Below are positions 52,845 through 64,000 of a DNA stretch of 64,000 bases, piece by piece; positions within the stretch are counted from its first letter, which is position 1, and every line of letters begins with the position of its first letter. The position numbers and the translations under genes were made by a program. The DNA is from Isurus oxyrinchus (Eukaryota): contig JANJGN010000017.1 of NCBI GenBank assembly GCA_026770705.1, positions 31,434,001 through 31,498,000 on the forward strand, in the 5' to 3' direction. The notes under the pieces were generated by a model. That model ran no database searches. It saw only the letters and a program-made list of their open reading frames with translations, and was not told the origin of the DNA.

Positions 52845-55800
52845 CATGTCTAATCTTGATCATCATAATTACTATTTCCAGGTTGGCTGTTGTGTACAGC
52901 TACCTATCCAACTGCTCCTTCTAAGTGAACTTGTGCCAACAGGAGACTGGAGAGGGGCCAAGCAGTATTTCTGGAATAGCGGTGGGAACAATGCACCTCT
53001 TGATCTCTTCCTGCATAGTCTCATGACAGACTGCGGACTCTCAGCAGGTCCAATGACAGCCCTTTTGTTCTTGGACAGGCATATGTAGTAGGCAGGGCAG
53101 TGGTATGGAGATGCTGCTATTCTGAAAGAGTGCTTCATTTTCCATGCCCACATCTGTCCCAACCCAATTTGGAACTTTCTGCACATATTTTATGGCTTCA
53201 GTTATGTCACAGAAACCTCTTCCCATCTTGTGCTTCATTCAGATAAGTTCACAATAGCCATGTCAAGTGACGAGATACCTGCAGGCTAAAACCTGGATGG
53301 TAGCAGTTTGGAGTATCATCATGGCCTTTATTGACTGAGGGGTAGTGTGAGGAGGAGCTACAATGCAGATGGCTCTGGAACTGCCAGTATATCTATATCT
53401 GGAGTGGATATTTCTGAGCTGACGGCAGGATAAGAATAAGTCCACTGACAGGGGGCTAGGACTGCAGCTACTTCTGTAATGGCTGATGGTAAGCATGGAG
53501 AGACTGACTGTATAAGCCTGAGGAAATCCTGTTAAGCTACATGTAAGGCAGTGATTGATTATACAAAAGTGGCATAGGCAACTATTTCACACTTGGTGTT
53601 CCTGTAAAAATTATATGACAGTCCATTAGTTAGGGTGATGTTTTGCAATCCTCTGGAATGAATTGTGAGGTAGTAATCCCTGGCTGCTCTACTGCTTCTT
53701 CATCCCCTGTAGTCATCAGGATTCATGGACCTTATGGGCCTTTCCTTTCCCCTCTTGCTGTAGCCAGGCAGCCTTTTTGTTGTGGCCTGCTAATTTCTGT
53801 AAGAAATGGAAAAACAAATGAAGGGTCCTTGCAGACTGAGAAATGGTGTTGAAGGAGCTGATATCAAAAGGGAACTGGTGAGAGGAAAATGTGTTTTTTG
53901 CAGACGAGAGGCACTAAAGCTTGGGAGCTGCGAACAATGGACATGCTGTGAGAAGGAGTGATTTTGGTGAGGAGTTAGAGGAGTGATGACAGGAGGCTTT
54001 CAGAAGATGTCCAGAAGAGAGATTGTGCACACAAGAATCACCTTCTTGATGTGAGAAGTGCAGTTATCGAGTGGTCTAAATTGTCTCTTCTGATTAGGTC
54101 AGTGGACTTCTTTCAGCATGCATCCACATGCATTGGACAGTGCAGCTGCAATTCAGTTCCTCACGCTTTGCACCTAGCTGTTTTCTCAGACATTTCTGCC
54201 TGATACAGAGTACAACACCACTCTTTCCCTCTCCACAGCCAATAGCAGCAATTCTGTATTTGCTTCATTCAAATATGGAGCTTTCTCATTCATCCATGTG
54301 TTGCTGATATCCTATCTTGCTGTTTAAAAAAAAGAGCAGAAAAACATGATCAAAGACTGGAATTTTAAAAATTGCATTCCTGGGCAGACTTCAGTCACTA
54401 AAGATCCAATTTTGACTCTGCTCGCCCAGTGGAAACTGAGCATGTAGGCAGTTAAAATCAGGGCTGAGACTTACTATCTCCAATCCTGCTGCCTTCCTGT
54501 GGGATGTAATTTTAACCTGCACTTTTTAGCACCCACCTGAAGACAGTACAGTTCTGCTAGAAATGTGCAGATCAGGCTTTAATTCATTATTGGCACTCAC
54601 TGCAGTTTCAATCCCAGAGTAGTGTGGCTGCCTTGTCTGACCTATCTGGTAGGAAGTAGATCGGGGCCAGCAGAGGTTAGTTATTTTAAATCTCGCTTTT
54701 GTTTTTCCTTCTGGGCTACAAGAAGCAGGACATACTCAGGTTCACACTATAAGACTCACCTTGCAAAATTATCCCTTTGTAATACTACTGATCAGCACCT
54801 TCAGACTTCACATGCCCTTAAATTAAATGAAGTCTGTGCTATGTAGGGCAGAAATATTTCTGTTTCCATGGCTACGTTATGGCCTGCCTCTTGAATGGTT
54901 TCATGCTTATTTTTATAATACAGCCCATTAGAAATGCAGAGCATTTATCACTTCTGGCTGTGTACAGTGAGTTGCCTCTCAATCCTGCTCAGATGCTTCT
55001 GACCACCATCTTGAAACTTGCATAATCTTTAAACCAGGAGACTGCTCTTGTTCACAGATATCCATGATTTATCTGTGCCACATTAAATACCGTGTCAGTA
55101 TGAAATTACATCTGTGTGATTCAATATATAAATATAAAAACAATGTGTTGGATGTGGTAAACCAAAAGAGAATTACTTTTACTATTTCAAGAGAGGGCAT
55201 CAATGCAATATTATTGCTGTAGCTTACATGAAAATAGATATCTTATGTCCATCTTCAGTTACTGAACAAAGTATCATGTCTGGAATAAAGCTGGTATGAT
55301 ATGGCAACTGAGAATATTTTAATTTTAACATCTGGAAGATCCACAGAGGATGTATAACTGTCTGCACTCAATAAGGTTACTGAAATAGAGCAGAAATGTA
55401 CAAAACTCAATGATAAATCTTAGCAAGGTAAAACCACATGACCAAATCACTGTAGCCATTAGTATAATTCAATATCAGCCAACATTGCTGCAGAACAGTG
55501 CTTGGACATGATAAAATTGTGATTACTCATTGATTACTAATTCTCAAGAAGTTTTGTGATAAACGAAAATGCCAATGCAATCATTTGTAGTCCAAAATTT
55601 GGTTCACTTTAGATCTTGCCAATTAGTTTTACAAGTACATTATGCTCAAGGCCTAGATTTTTTTTCCAGTTCTGTTTATTTATGAGAGTATAGTGTTAAA
55701 ATCTATCTCAACTTTCATGCAGTAATTCATTTACAAGAGAAAGAAATGAACCCACAGCAAATATTTATATTAGCTTTCAATTCAAAGTTGGGATTTTTGG

Positions 55801-56292
55801 GCTATATTCCAGTCTATTTTATTTGACAAATGATCACAAGACCCATGAACACTGTTTGTCTTTATAGTTTATGAGGGGTTGTAACAGTGAAATGTTGGAG
55901 CAGAATGTATAGTTGTGGGTAGTTGAAAGCAGTAGGAGATTGTTTCATCTCATATTTCACTATCCAATTTGCTTGGAGATACACAACAAATAGCAGCCAA
56001 CACAGTTTAATTTCTTCACTCTCTCTTTATGGTTCTCACTTCTGCAGTCCTCCTTCTTCAGCTAAGCTATGTACTTCCGTAAAGCTCGTCTCAATACAGC
56101 TGTGTAACTCAAGGTTGGAATTGCCCCATGGGGCGTGATTCACTTTCAGAGTTTCTTCCCTTCTGCAGATAGATGTGTCACTTTTGTAAAATGCTGCATC
56201 CAGTTTCCTGGCCCCGTATAAACATGTAGTGAGGGTAGGGAAATTTGAATGTCACTCATTGTCAGTTGAGATCTTGGGTGTCAAATAACCAC

Positions 56293-56554
56293 TGTAGTAA
56301 TAGGGTCTGGTACTTACAGGGTTTTTGGGGGACTGAGTACAGAACTGCCCACATAGTGATGTAAGAAGGCACATGACTCCGAGTCAGGGTCAGTCTAGAG
56401 ATGGACAGAGATATGTAATCACATAAGATGGAGTCAGCTCCATACCTATACTCTCTACTGTATGTCTGTATATAGTTATGAGTTGTTAATAAAGACTTGA
56501 TAATATATTCAAGACTACGAAGCCTACTTCATGGTGTCCGAAGCAGATTCTTCA
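56293..56554 (+). mobile_element. Solo LTR (~260 bp)
   Basis: tgtag...cttca with 5-bp TSD accac / accac; aataaa near 56488; homologue at 42582-42852. Confidence 0.85.
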
Positions 56555-56833
56555 ACCACCATCTGAGTTGTAAACCTCTTTGGTTCAATGTTTCTCTGGA
56601 AACCCAGTTCTAGATCACTGGAGTGTCTTCCTTTATGCAAACTACCAAACAACATGCATGCATACCATACTGTGGAACCACATTTCATCCTATATATGGC
56701 ATATTAGATTGGAAACAATATCAATGAAATAAGTTATACTTAATTTGCTCATCTCAAGTTCTTCTTTGTTATTTTAGAGAAAGTGAAAATTCTATTGGAA
56801 CATTGAGAGAGAAACTTGAAATAAATTCATCGA

Positions 56834-59800
56834 GGCCTGAATTTTATCCTTGAGCTGTGCCCGAAGTTGGTGCAGCCGGAAGCAGATGTAAAACCTGTTC
56901 CTGGCCGAGATCGCATTGTGAATGTGATATTATGCTGGATGGCCAATTAAGGCCTGTCCAGCGTGAAACCTGACTGCCGGTTGGTTTTTCCATGTGTGGG
57001 AGTGGGAACGTGTTGGGCGCTGGGTCGAATGGGGACCTGGCAGGGTGTCCAAAAGTGGAAGAGGCAGCTCCCTGAAAGCTGTCACGAGCTTTGAGGGAGG
57101 CTGAGGGAGCTGTTTGAAAGCAATCCAACAAGATGTCCTGGTGTGCAGTCATGGCATCAGCACCTGGTGGTCATGGAAGGTGGGACAGCAAGTCAAGTGG
57201 GCACTCTGCCCCCCCGTTTCTCAGATGAGTGCCTGGGAGTGCTGGTCGAGGAGGTCAGTGCCAGGCGGCATATCTTAGTGCACAGAGACAGCAAGAGAAG
57301 GCTACCCCACCTGACCAAGGAGGCTGGGACAGAGGTCACCGCCTTGGTCAGTGGGCACGATGTGGTGTGCTGCACGTGGCTTCAGTGCCACAAAAGGTTC
57401 AATGATCTTCTGTGGTCAGCAAGGATAGGTGCAGAGAACGTATGGGCCTGTGCAGAGAACTTTAGTCCGGTGCCCGTTTCTTAGAATGATCAGGGGTCTA
57501 AGAGTGTGCATGCCAACTGGCACTGAAGGCTGCCCTGCCAAGGGTGGGATGTCAGCATGGCTGGCCTCAGTCCATTGCAGGGAGAGATGCGCACAGTGAC
57601 ACAGCCATCCTGATGCCGGGGCGGGCTGGGGGCGGGCAAGCAGGAAAGGACCTTCAGGGAGACGAACCAATAGTGAGGCTTTCTATTTTTCCCTCCCAGG
57701 AGAAGAACAGTCATAATGCTGCAGAGCACTGCAGAATGGGTGGGGTAGCGTCAAATTTGTGCATCCTCATGAAACACGAAAGCTATAAACTGGAACTGGA
57801 ATACGACTGGCCAGCTCACTCCTCCAGCCGAGGTGAGGCTGGGGTGTCGGATGAAGGTAAGAGTGCAGGTGACAGATGCTTGAGCGGTGGGAACTGGAAA
57901 CATAACGGGCTTCTCTCATCAGACACTGAACTTTGTAGCCAGAGAGCCCATTGAAGCTCTAATGCAGATGGCACCATGTAGCAGCTCTCCACTGTCTCCT
58001 CAGCCCACCTAGCACGCATTGTGGCTTTGATGATTGAATGTACTGATGTTTTGCCTTCCTCCCGCAGATGCGCCAATGCAGGAGCCGCTCGGCGACCCTG
58101 AGGATTCCCGATTGAGCTCCGGGGAAAACAGCACACCTGTACCAGAGGCACACCGTCTCTCTGAACCAGGCACCAGCACAGATACTCACATGCCGGTGGG
58201 CATTAGTTCTTTGGTTCCACAGGTAATGCACAGTGGTGAGAGAGCTGGCAGAGACAGACAGGCCCCAGGGACCCCACAGTGGGAGCACAGCTGGAGACCA
58301 GGACCATGCTGCATCCGAGGCAGATGACGAGACTCTGGAGTCTGGAGTCATACAGACTTGAAATGTTAACTTTTTTTTCTCTCTCCACAGATGCTGTCAG
58401 ACCTGCTGAGTTTTCCCAGCGTTTTCTGTTTTTGTGGCAGATGCTGGATGTCCAGCAGGATGTGCGGGGAAATCTGGCTGAGATCCATGAGGGTCTGTGT
58501 GCCATGGTCTCTGTTATGGAGGAGTCCATGCAGAGCATGAGTTCTGGGTTGACCCTTAACACTGAGTGCACAGCGTCCTCCATTAAGAGAGTGGCGACTC
58601 TTATGGAGAGGCAGCTTCAGGAGCAGTGGGTCCCTGGTATTTCACTCAGACCTGGAAGCCCTCAGACAGGCACTGACCTCAGGAGGTCACTGCCAGTGTG
58701 AGAGATGGACGAAGCACCTAGTCTCCCTGCTGGGTGCCCGTCCATCAATGGTGAGCAGGGAGGTGCAGATGCACCTCACGCTGACAGGCTAGCTGCTTGT
58801 CATCTCTGTGGGCTTCACTTAGGGGGTGCAAAAATGAGGGCAGCAGCTCCTCCACCTCTCTGCCAGTGTCCGCTGCATCTGATGATGCCACGATGACTGA
58901 GGAGTGCCCAGTGATGGGGCTGAATGCACCTTCCCAGGTGGAGCCTGCCAGAGGATGACCGCCAAGGTCATCAGGGCCACGAGGACAGCAGAGTCGGCAG
59001 GCTGCCTCCAATGCCACAGTCAGCAGGGGGCGGGGAGGGGGGGGGTGCGGTATCAAGACGCATGAGTTGAAGGCACCTTGAGCACATCAGGCGTGTGTTA
59101 TGGGTGACATTATTTGCGTTCATTATTTTGATGTTTGTGTTACAGATGGAGACTTTGTTCATTGTACATTCATGTGAAGTAACATAAACATTTATTTGAT
59201 TTAAATGGGCTGAGCTGGCTGGATGGTATGAATAGGTGCCAGATGCAGCACAGGCTTGTAAAAAGTGTGGCATTGTGTGGTGCTGGCGTACTGGGTTGGA
59301 TTCCCATCTATTGAATGTTAGTAAAGGAGACAGTGCCATTGGCTTGACAAAGCATCGATGCCTTGGATACCTAGCAGAAGGTTCTCTGGATCAAAGCATC
59401 CCTGGTGTCCCTGCCTCCATGAAGGTTGCTGTGCTCTGCTCGAGGTCCTCACCCTGTGCCTCCCCTGGCTCTTTCTCTGAGCCATCCAATTGAGTCATCC
59501 TCCCTGGTCTGTGGAGCTGCCTCGCTTTTCTCAGCCTCCAGTGGCAGCAATACAACAACTATGAAGGAGAAATGCTCTGGAGGATATTGGAATGCTCCCC
59601 TGATCGGTCCGGACATTTCAACCGTATCTTCAGCAGCCTGATGGTCCTCTCCACCATTGTGCTTGAGGATCCATGACGCCTGTTGTATCTCTTCTCAGTG
59701 ATGGAGTGGGGTCATCAGCCACCTCTTCAAGGGATAGCCCTTGTCATCCAGGAGTCATCCATCCACTCGTGCAGGAGCCACAAACAGCCTTGGCACCAAG
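56834..59800 (-). mobile_element. PIF/Harbinger transposon, copy 3 (inverted relative to copies 1 and 2); transposase 5' part missing
   Basis: TIR ggcctgaatttt at 56834; Myb on + (PRFSDECLGVLVEEV..TWLQCHKRFNDL, 57143-57424); minus-strand [16 protein letters not shown] (~59700-59760); second TIR not found. Confidence 0.87.
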
Positions 59801-59984
59801 GTATGGGTAGCAAAGTATATGGAATTTGGAGCTACAGGTTCCTGAGAAAGTATATTTGTTCAGATTCAGTCACTTTCCATCAGGAAATAAAGACCAATTA
59901 AACAAAGCTGATTAACTTACCAGGCGATTGTACAAATTTACCAACCAGCTATCATAGAATGTGATTGATAAATAATCCTAGGCA

Positions 59985-60252
59985 TCTGGTTAGGACTGAG
60001 ATGAGGAGAAATTTCTTCACTTAAAGGGTTGTGAATCTTTGGACTTCTCGACCCCAGAGGGTTGTAGATGCTCCATTATTGAGTATATTTAAGCTTGAGC
60101 CGGACAAATCTTTGGTCTCTCAGGAAATCAGGGGATATGAAGAGCGGGTGGGCAAGTGGAGCTGAGGCAGAAGATCAACCATGATCGTATTTAATGATGG
60201 AGCAGTCTCGATGGGCTGTATGATCTAGTCCTGTTTCTATTTCTTATGTTTT
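59985..60252 (+). mobile_element. CR1 3' end fragment
   Basis: aggactgagatgaggagaaatttcttcac...cctgtttctatttcttatgtt. Confidence 0.85.
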
Positions 60253-60934
60253 AAAGTTCTTGTTCATAAGCTACACATTTGTGATTGAAAATCTGGTGAT
60301 CAGAGTGTACTTAAAGAATGTTCTGGACAATAAGCCATGGAGCACTTTATCAATTACTTGGAAAGGAGAGGCAGAGTAATCATTTTTAAGGGAAGGTCAT
60401 TTGCAAATTGTGTCAAGAAAGGTGACATCTAATAGTTCAAAATTATTCTTACATAAGTGAACTACTACAAGCGCTATATTTAGTGCTCGATTGTACATAA
60501 CCTGGAAAGTAGTTTTATTTTGGTTCCAGCAAATTTGTAGACAGTGTACTCTTTCCTTCACTATACTCGTCCCAAGGGCCAGTACCTTGACAGAAATTGA
60601 TATGGGTTCTAACTATAGCATAAACTTGGGATCAGTATACTTGATATGGCAGAAACATATATGACCTTGGCAAAACCATTATCCATTATACTGACAAGCA
60701 CACAATGAACTTTTTTTTTTGCCAAATTCCTAACAAATAACAATTATAACTTGAGTTTATAGCGACACTAGAATGTTGAGAGAAAGCCAAGATAATATCA
60801 GTAACTGCTAACATGAATCTTTTTTTAGTGCAACCAGCGGTAATATTTTGAAGTGCAATGTTCACTTGTCAACATATTTACCAGAGTGAACCTGGATAAT
60901 CATTTTATTAATCCAGTAACTAGGGTCCTCGTTT

Positions 60935-61756
60935 CATAAGTCCGTAAGACATAGGAGCAGAAATTAGGCCATTCGGCCCATCGAGTCTGCTTTACCATTC
61001 AATCATGGCTGATAGGTTTCTCAACTCCATTCTCCTGTCTTCGCCCCGTAACCTTTGATTCCCTTACCAATCAAGAACCTATCTATCTCGGTCTTAAATA
61101 CACTCAATGACCTGGCCTCCACAGCCTTCTGTGGCAATGAATTCCATAGATTCACTACTCTCTAGCTAAAGAAGTTTCTCCTCATCTCTGTTCTAAAAGG
61201 TCTTCCCTTTACTCTGAGGCTATGCCCTCGGATCCTAGTCTCTCCTACTAATGGAAACATCTTCCCCACGTCCACTCTATCCAGGCCTTTCAGTATTCTG
61301 TAAGTTTCAATCAGATCCCCCATCATCCTTCTAAACTCCATCGAGTATAGACCCAGAGTCCTCAAATGTTCCTCATATGGTAAGCCTTTCATTCCTGGGA
61401 TTATTCTCGTGAACCTCCTCTGGACCGTCTCCAGGGCCAGAACATCCTTCCTGAGATACGGGGCCCAAAACTGCTCACAATGTTCTAAATGTGATCTGAC
61501 CAGAGCCTTATGAAGCCTCAGCAGCACATCCCTGCTTTTATATGCTAGTCCCCTCGAAATAAATGCCAACATTGCATTTGCCTTCCTAACTACCGACTCA
61601 ACCTGCAAGTTAATCTTAAGAACATCCTGGACTAGGACTCCCAAGTCCCTTTGCACTCCAGATTTCTGAATTCTCTCCCCATTTAGAAAAAAGTCTATGC
61701 CTCTATTCTTTCTACCAAAGTGCATGACCTCACACCTACCCACATTGTATTCCATT
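60935..61756 (-). mobile_element. CR1 3' fragment, relatively young
   Basis: Open 197-aa ORF 61162-61755 (CEVMHFGRKN..LVRSHLEHCEQFWAPYL..) plus 3' UTR and tail. Confidence 0.93.
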
Positions 61757-62711
61757 GTTCCGAGTGCTTTAGCTGAATAATTTAATGTGGGATTTCATTC
61801 GTATCTATCAGTCATATTTGAAAAAATATCTTCAGTAGGACTAATTGGTTAGAGCGATAAATAGAGATATATTGATTTTTTACATCTATTTTTCCTGTTT
61901 ATTCAAATACAGTGGAACAATTTTTCTCCCACTGAAATTTATCCATCTGCTCAGCACCATTGATCTGCCTAACAGTATCTAATATGGTTTTAAAAAACTG
62001 ACAAGCTGCTTTAGATGATTTATAATTTCCATGTGAAACATGTATGCCTAAAAGTTGGTCAACTTTAAAGAACAGTCTGAACATTAACATTAACAGAATA
62101 TTAATTCTGTTTTAACGTACATTTCAAGCAAGTTTATGGTAAAATGTATTATGTTCTTTTACATATTGGAAAGAGAAAATGTCATTCAGGCTACCAAGCA
62201 TGCTCCTTTCAATCTATTATTTGGAAACTTGACAACTTGCAGACCACTTACAATTTGTATGGTGGCAAGGAAGGTAATTAATCAGAGGTAGAACCCAGGA
62301 AGGGGGCATATGGCAAGTGCATTTCCAGAGCTCTTTGACAAATAAGTTTCCTGAGGTTAGTCAGTGTAAACCAAGTTTCCATGGGACACAAATTTGCAGT
62401 ACAAGATTTCTCACAATTTTCGTGGCTAGCTGTGGTACAGAATTCTTCAGCATGGCTACTGCGATGCTGTCAGGACTCATAGTCTCTGTGTCTAGTGCAC
62501 TCAGCTACTTCATAATATCAAGTGGAGAGAGCAAGCCATTAGTATCAATGCTGCGGCATTTGCAGGGGGTGGGGGGTGGGGGGTGCAAGTAGCAACACTC
62601 ATCTGGCATGCTTTCCAAGACTTCAAACTTGTATTTTGCACCTTGATCCTGGGCTTCATCACAGTTGAGGATGGAGGTCGCTATGGAGCAGACTCCTCTT
62701 GATCTCAGTCC

Positions 62712-63645
62712 TGTCACGAAACTATCATATTTTTCATAATATTATTGTGGTTTATTGTAAAGTAGCTTTCTGAGTGTATGTGTATGGTACTGTCTGTGTG
62801 ATTTAATTCAATTGGAGTCAGATATACTGCAAGGTTGAACTTATCAAAAGAAGTTAGATGTAAAAGGCATTTGAAATGCTAAAGAGTAAACATGGATGAG
62901 GACAACATGTAGGATGTGAAGGAAATTTGCATTTTTAGATAAGTGAAGGAGTTGTTTGGGTTTCAAAGGGATGATAGGATGTTTACAACTAACGAGATAA
63001 GCATGGCCAGGCAGTGTGTTTATTTTTCCCAAAGGTGCTGACCATTTTGGCGACATGAATGATTTGTATATTATAGGAAAAGTAAATTTCCAAAGACATT
63101 TAGAACAATGGAATTTACAGATTAAGTAGAGAGAAACATATATAAAGAAGGATGGAAGGCTAGGTTAGGGGGCCATGTAAAATCTGAAAGGACCATATAA
63201 AACAGCCTTGGGGATAAAGCCTCCAGCCACATTTGCAGAAGTCTGCTGTCCAGTAACCAAAGTTGGAGAAACACCTTTGGGATTTCACTGTCGAGTGGGT
63301 GCTGTGGTAAACTTGTTGGATTGCCTATCAACATTGAAAATCTATTTTGGTCTGTTGTTTTAAAGAGGGTGTATAGTTGGGAGTCAGGTTAATTAGGAAT
63401 CGTAGGATTTTTTATAGTATTAAGTAACTGCTATCTTATGTCTGTGCTTGAAATCTTTTCTTTTCTTAATAAATGTTTTAATTTAATTTTTAAAGTCTCT
63501 AAAGGTGTTAGTGGACTCATTACTTCTGAATTCAGTGCACAAATCTTCTTGTAATGAATACAAATTGCAAACCATTGTGATAGTATGGCCAAGTGTCCCT
63601 CATGGATTGGACCGCCTGGCACACATCACCTTCCATGTCATAACA
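62712..63645 (+). mobile_element. Probable long solo LTR (~930 bp)
   Basis: Ends tgtcacga / tcataaca (imperfect inverted TG...CA); flanks gtcc / gttc; TATA-like catataaaa ~63195; aataaa ~63468. Confidence 0.55.
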
Positions 63646-64000
63646 GTTCATGGAATTCTTCTGTGAGCTTAAGTCCTGGAATTTACTTGTTCTAGTTTCC
63701 AGATAGCAGGAATTAACCCTGCTCCTTCCCTATTTGAGTCAGGTTTTACAACAGGTACAGACCTTACGCTAACATAGTTCACTGGCTGTAAAGTGTTTTG
63801 GGGCATCCTGACATTGAGAAAGGCACTATATAAATACAAGTTCATCTTGCCTCATTTAAATGGGAATTTTGGCTTCCAGCCTACTGCAGGTGAAGATCAT
63901 GTTACATCCTGATCTCCGACCTATGTAAAGTAGGAGGAGATCATCAGAGGTCTCTGTTCCCTTTGTTTTTTTGTGCCCAGGGAATAATTATTACTCGGGG

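Noticed and set aside
56778-56833. Possible exon after ttctttgttattttag
   Set aside because: Translation not kinase-like and no donor before the Harbinger TIR
1-64000. Prokaryotic-style systems (operons, CRISPR arrays, retrons, defence islands)
   Set aside because: Spliceosomal exon, vertebrate LINEs/SINEs and microsatellites; no gene-dense coding and no repeat-spacer array; all RT motifs belong to LINEs

Overview
Eukaryotic, not prokaryotic, DNA: a repeat-rich vertebrate intronic region whose repeat content suggests a shark/ray (inference). The only host coding sequence I can support is one 56-bp internal exon (13758-13813, +) of an STK32/YANK-family kinase ((V)[18 protein letters not shown]) with canonical AG/GT splice sites. 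The rest appears to be intron filled with nested, decayed transposons: several CR1 LINEs (one near full length with an esterase-type ORF1), a second LINE family plus a SINE sharing its 3' tail, an L2 fragment, an RT-less Gypsy-like LTR element with a 5-bp TSD, solo LTRs, three large PIF/Harbinger copies (HARBI1-like transposase plus convergent, spliced Myb/SANT gene) and about ten Harbinger-type MITEs. Most ORFs in the supplied track are TE fragments or noise. Notable structures: a near-perfect 303-bp fold-back inside a CR1, a perfect 91-bp tandem duplication beside the exon, an old ~260-bp palindrome in non-TE-looking sequence, a tRNA-like insert in a LINE RT and a possible Penelope/hammerhead remnant. 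I found no convincing new protein-coding system. All coordinates were read by eye; TE boundaries are approximate unless a TSD is quoted.
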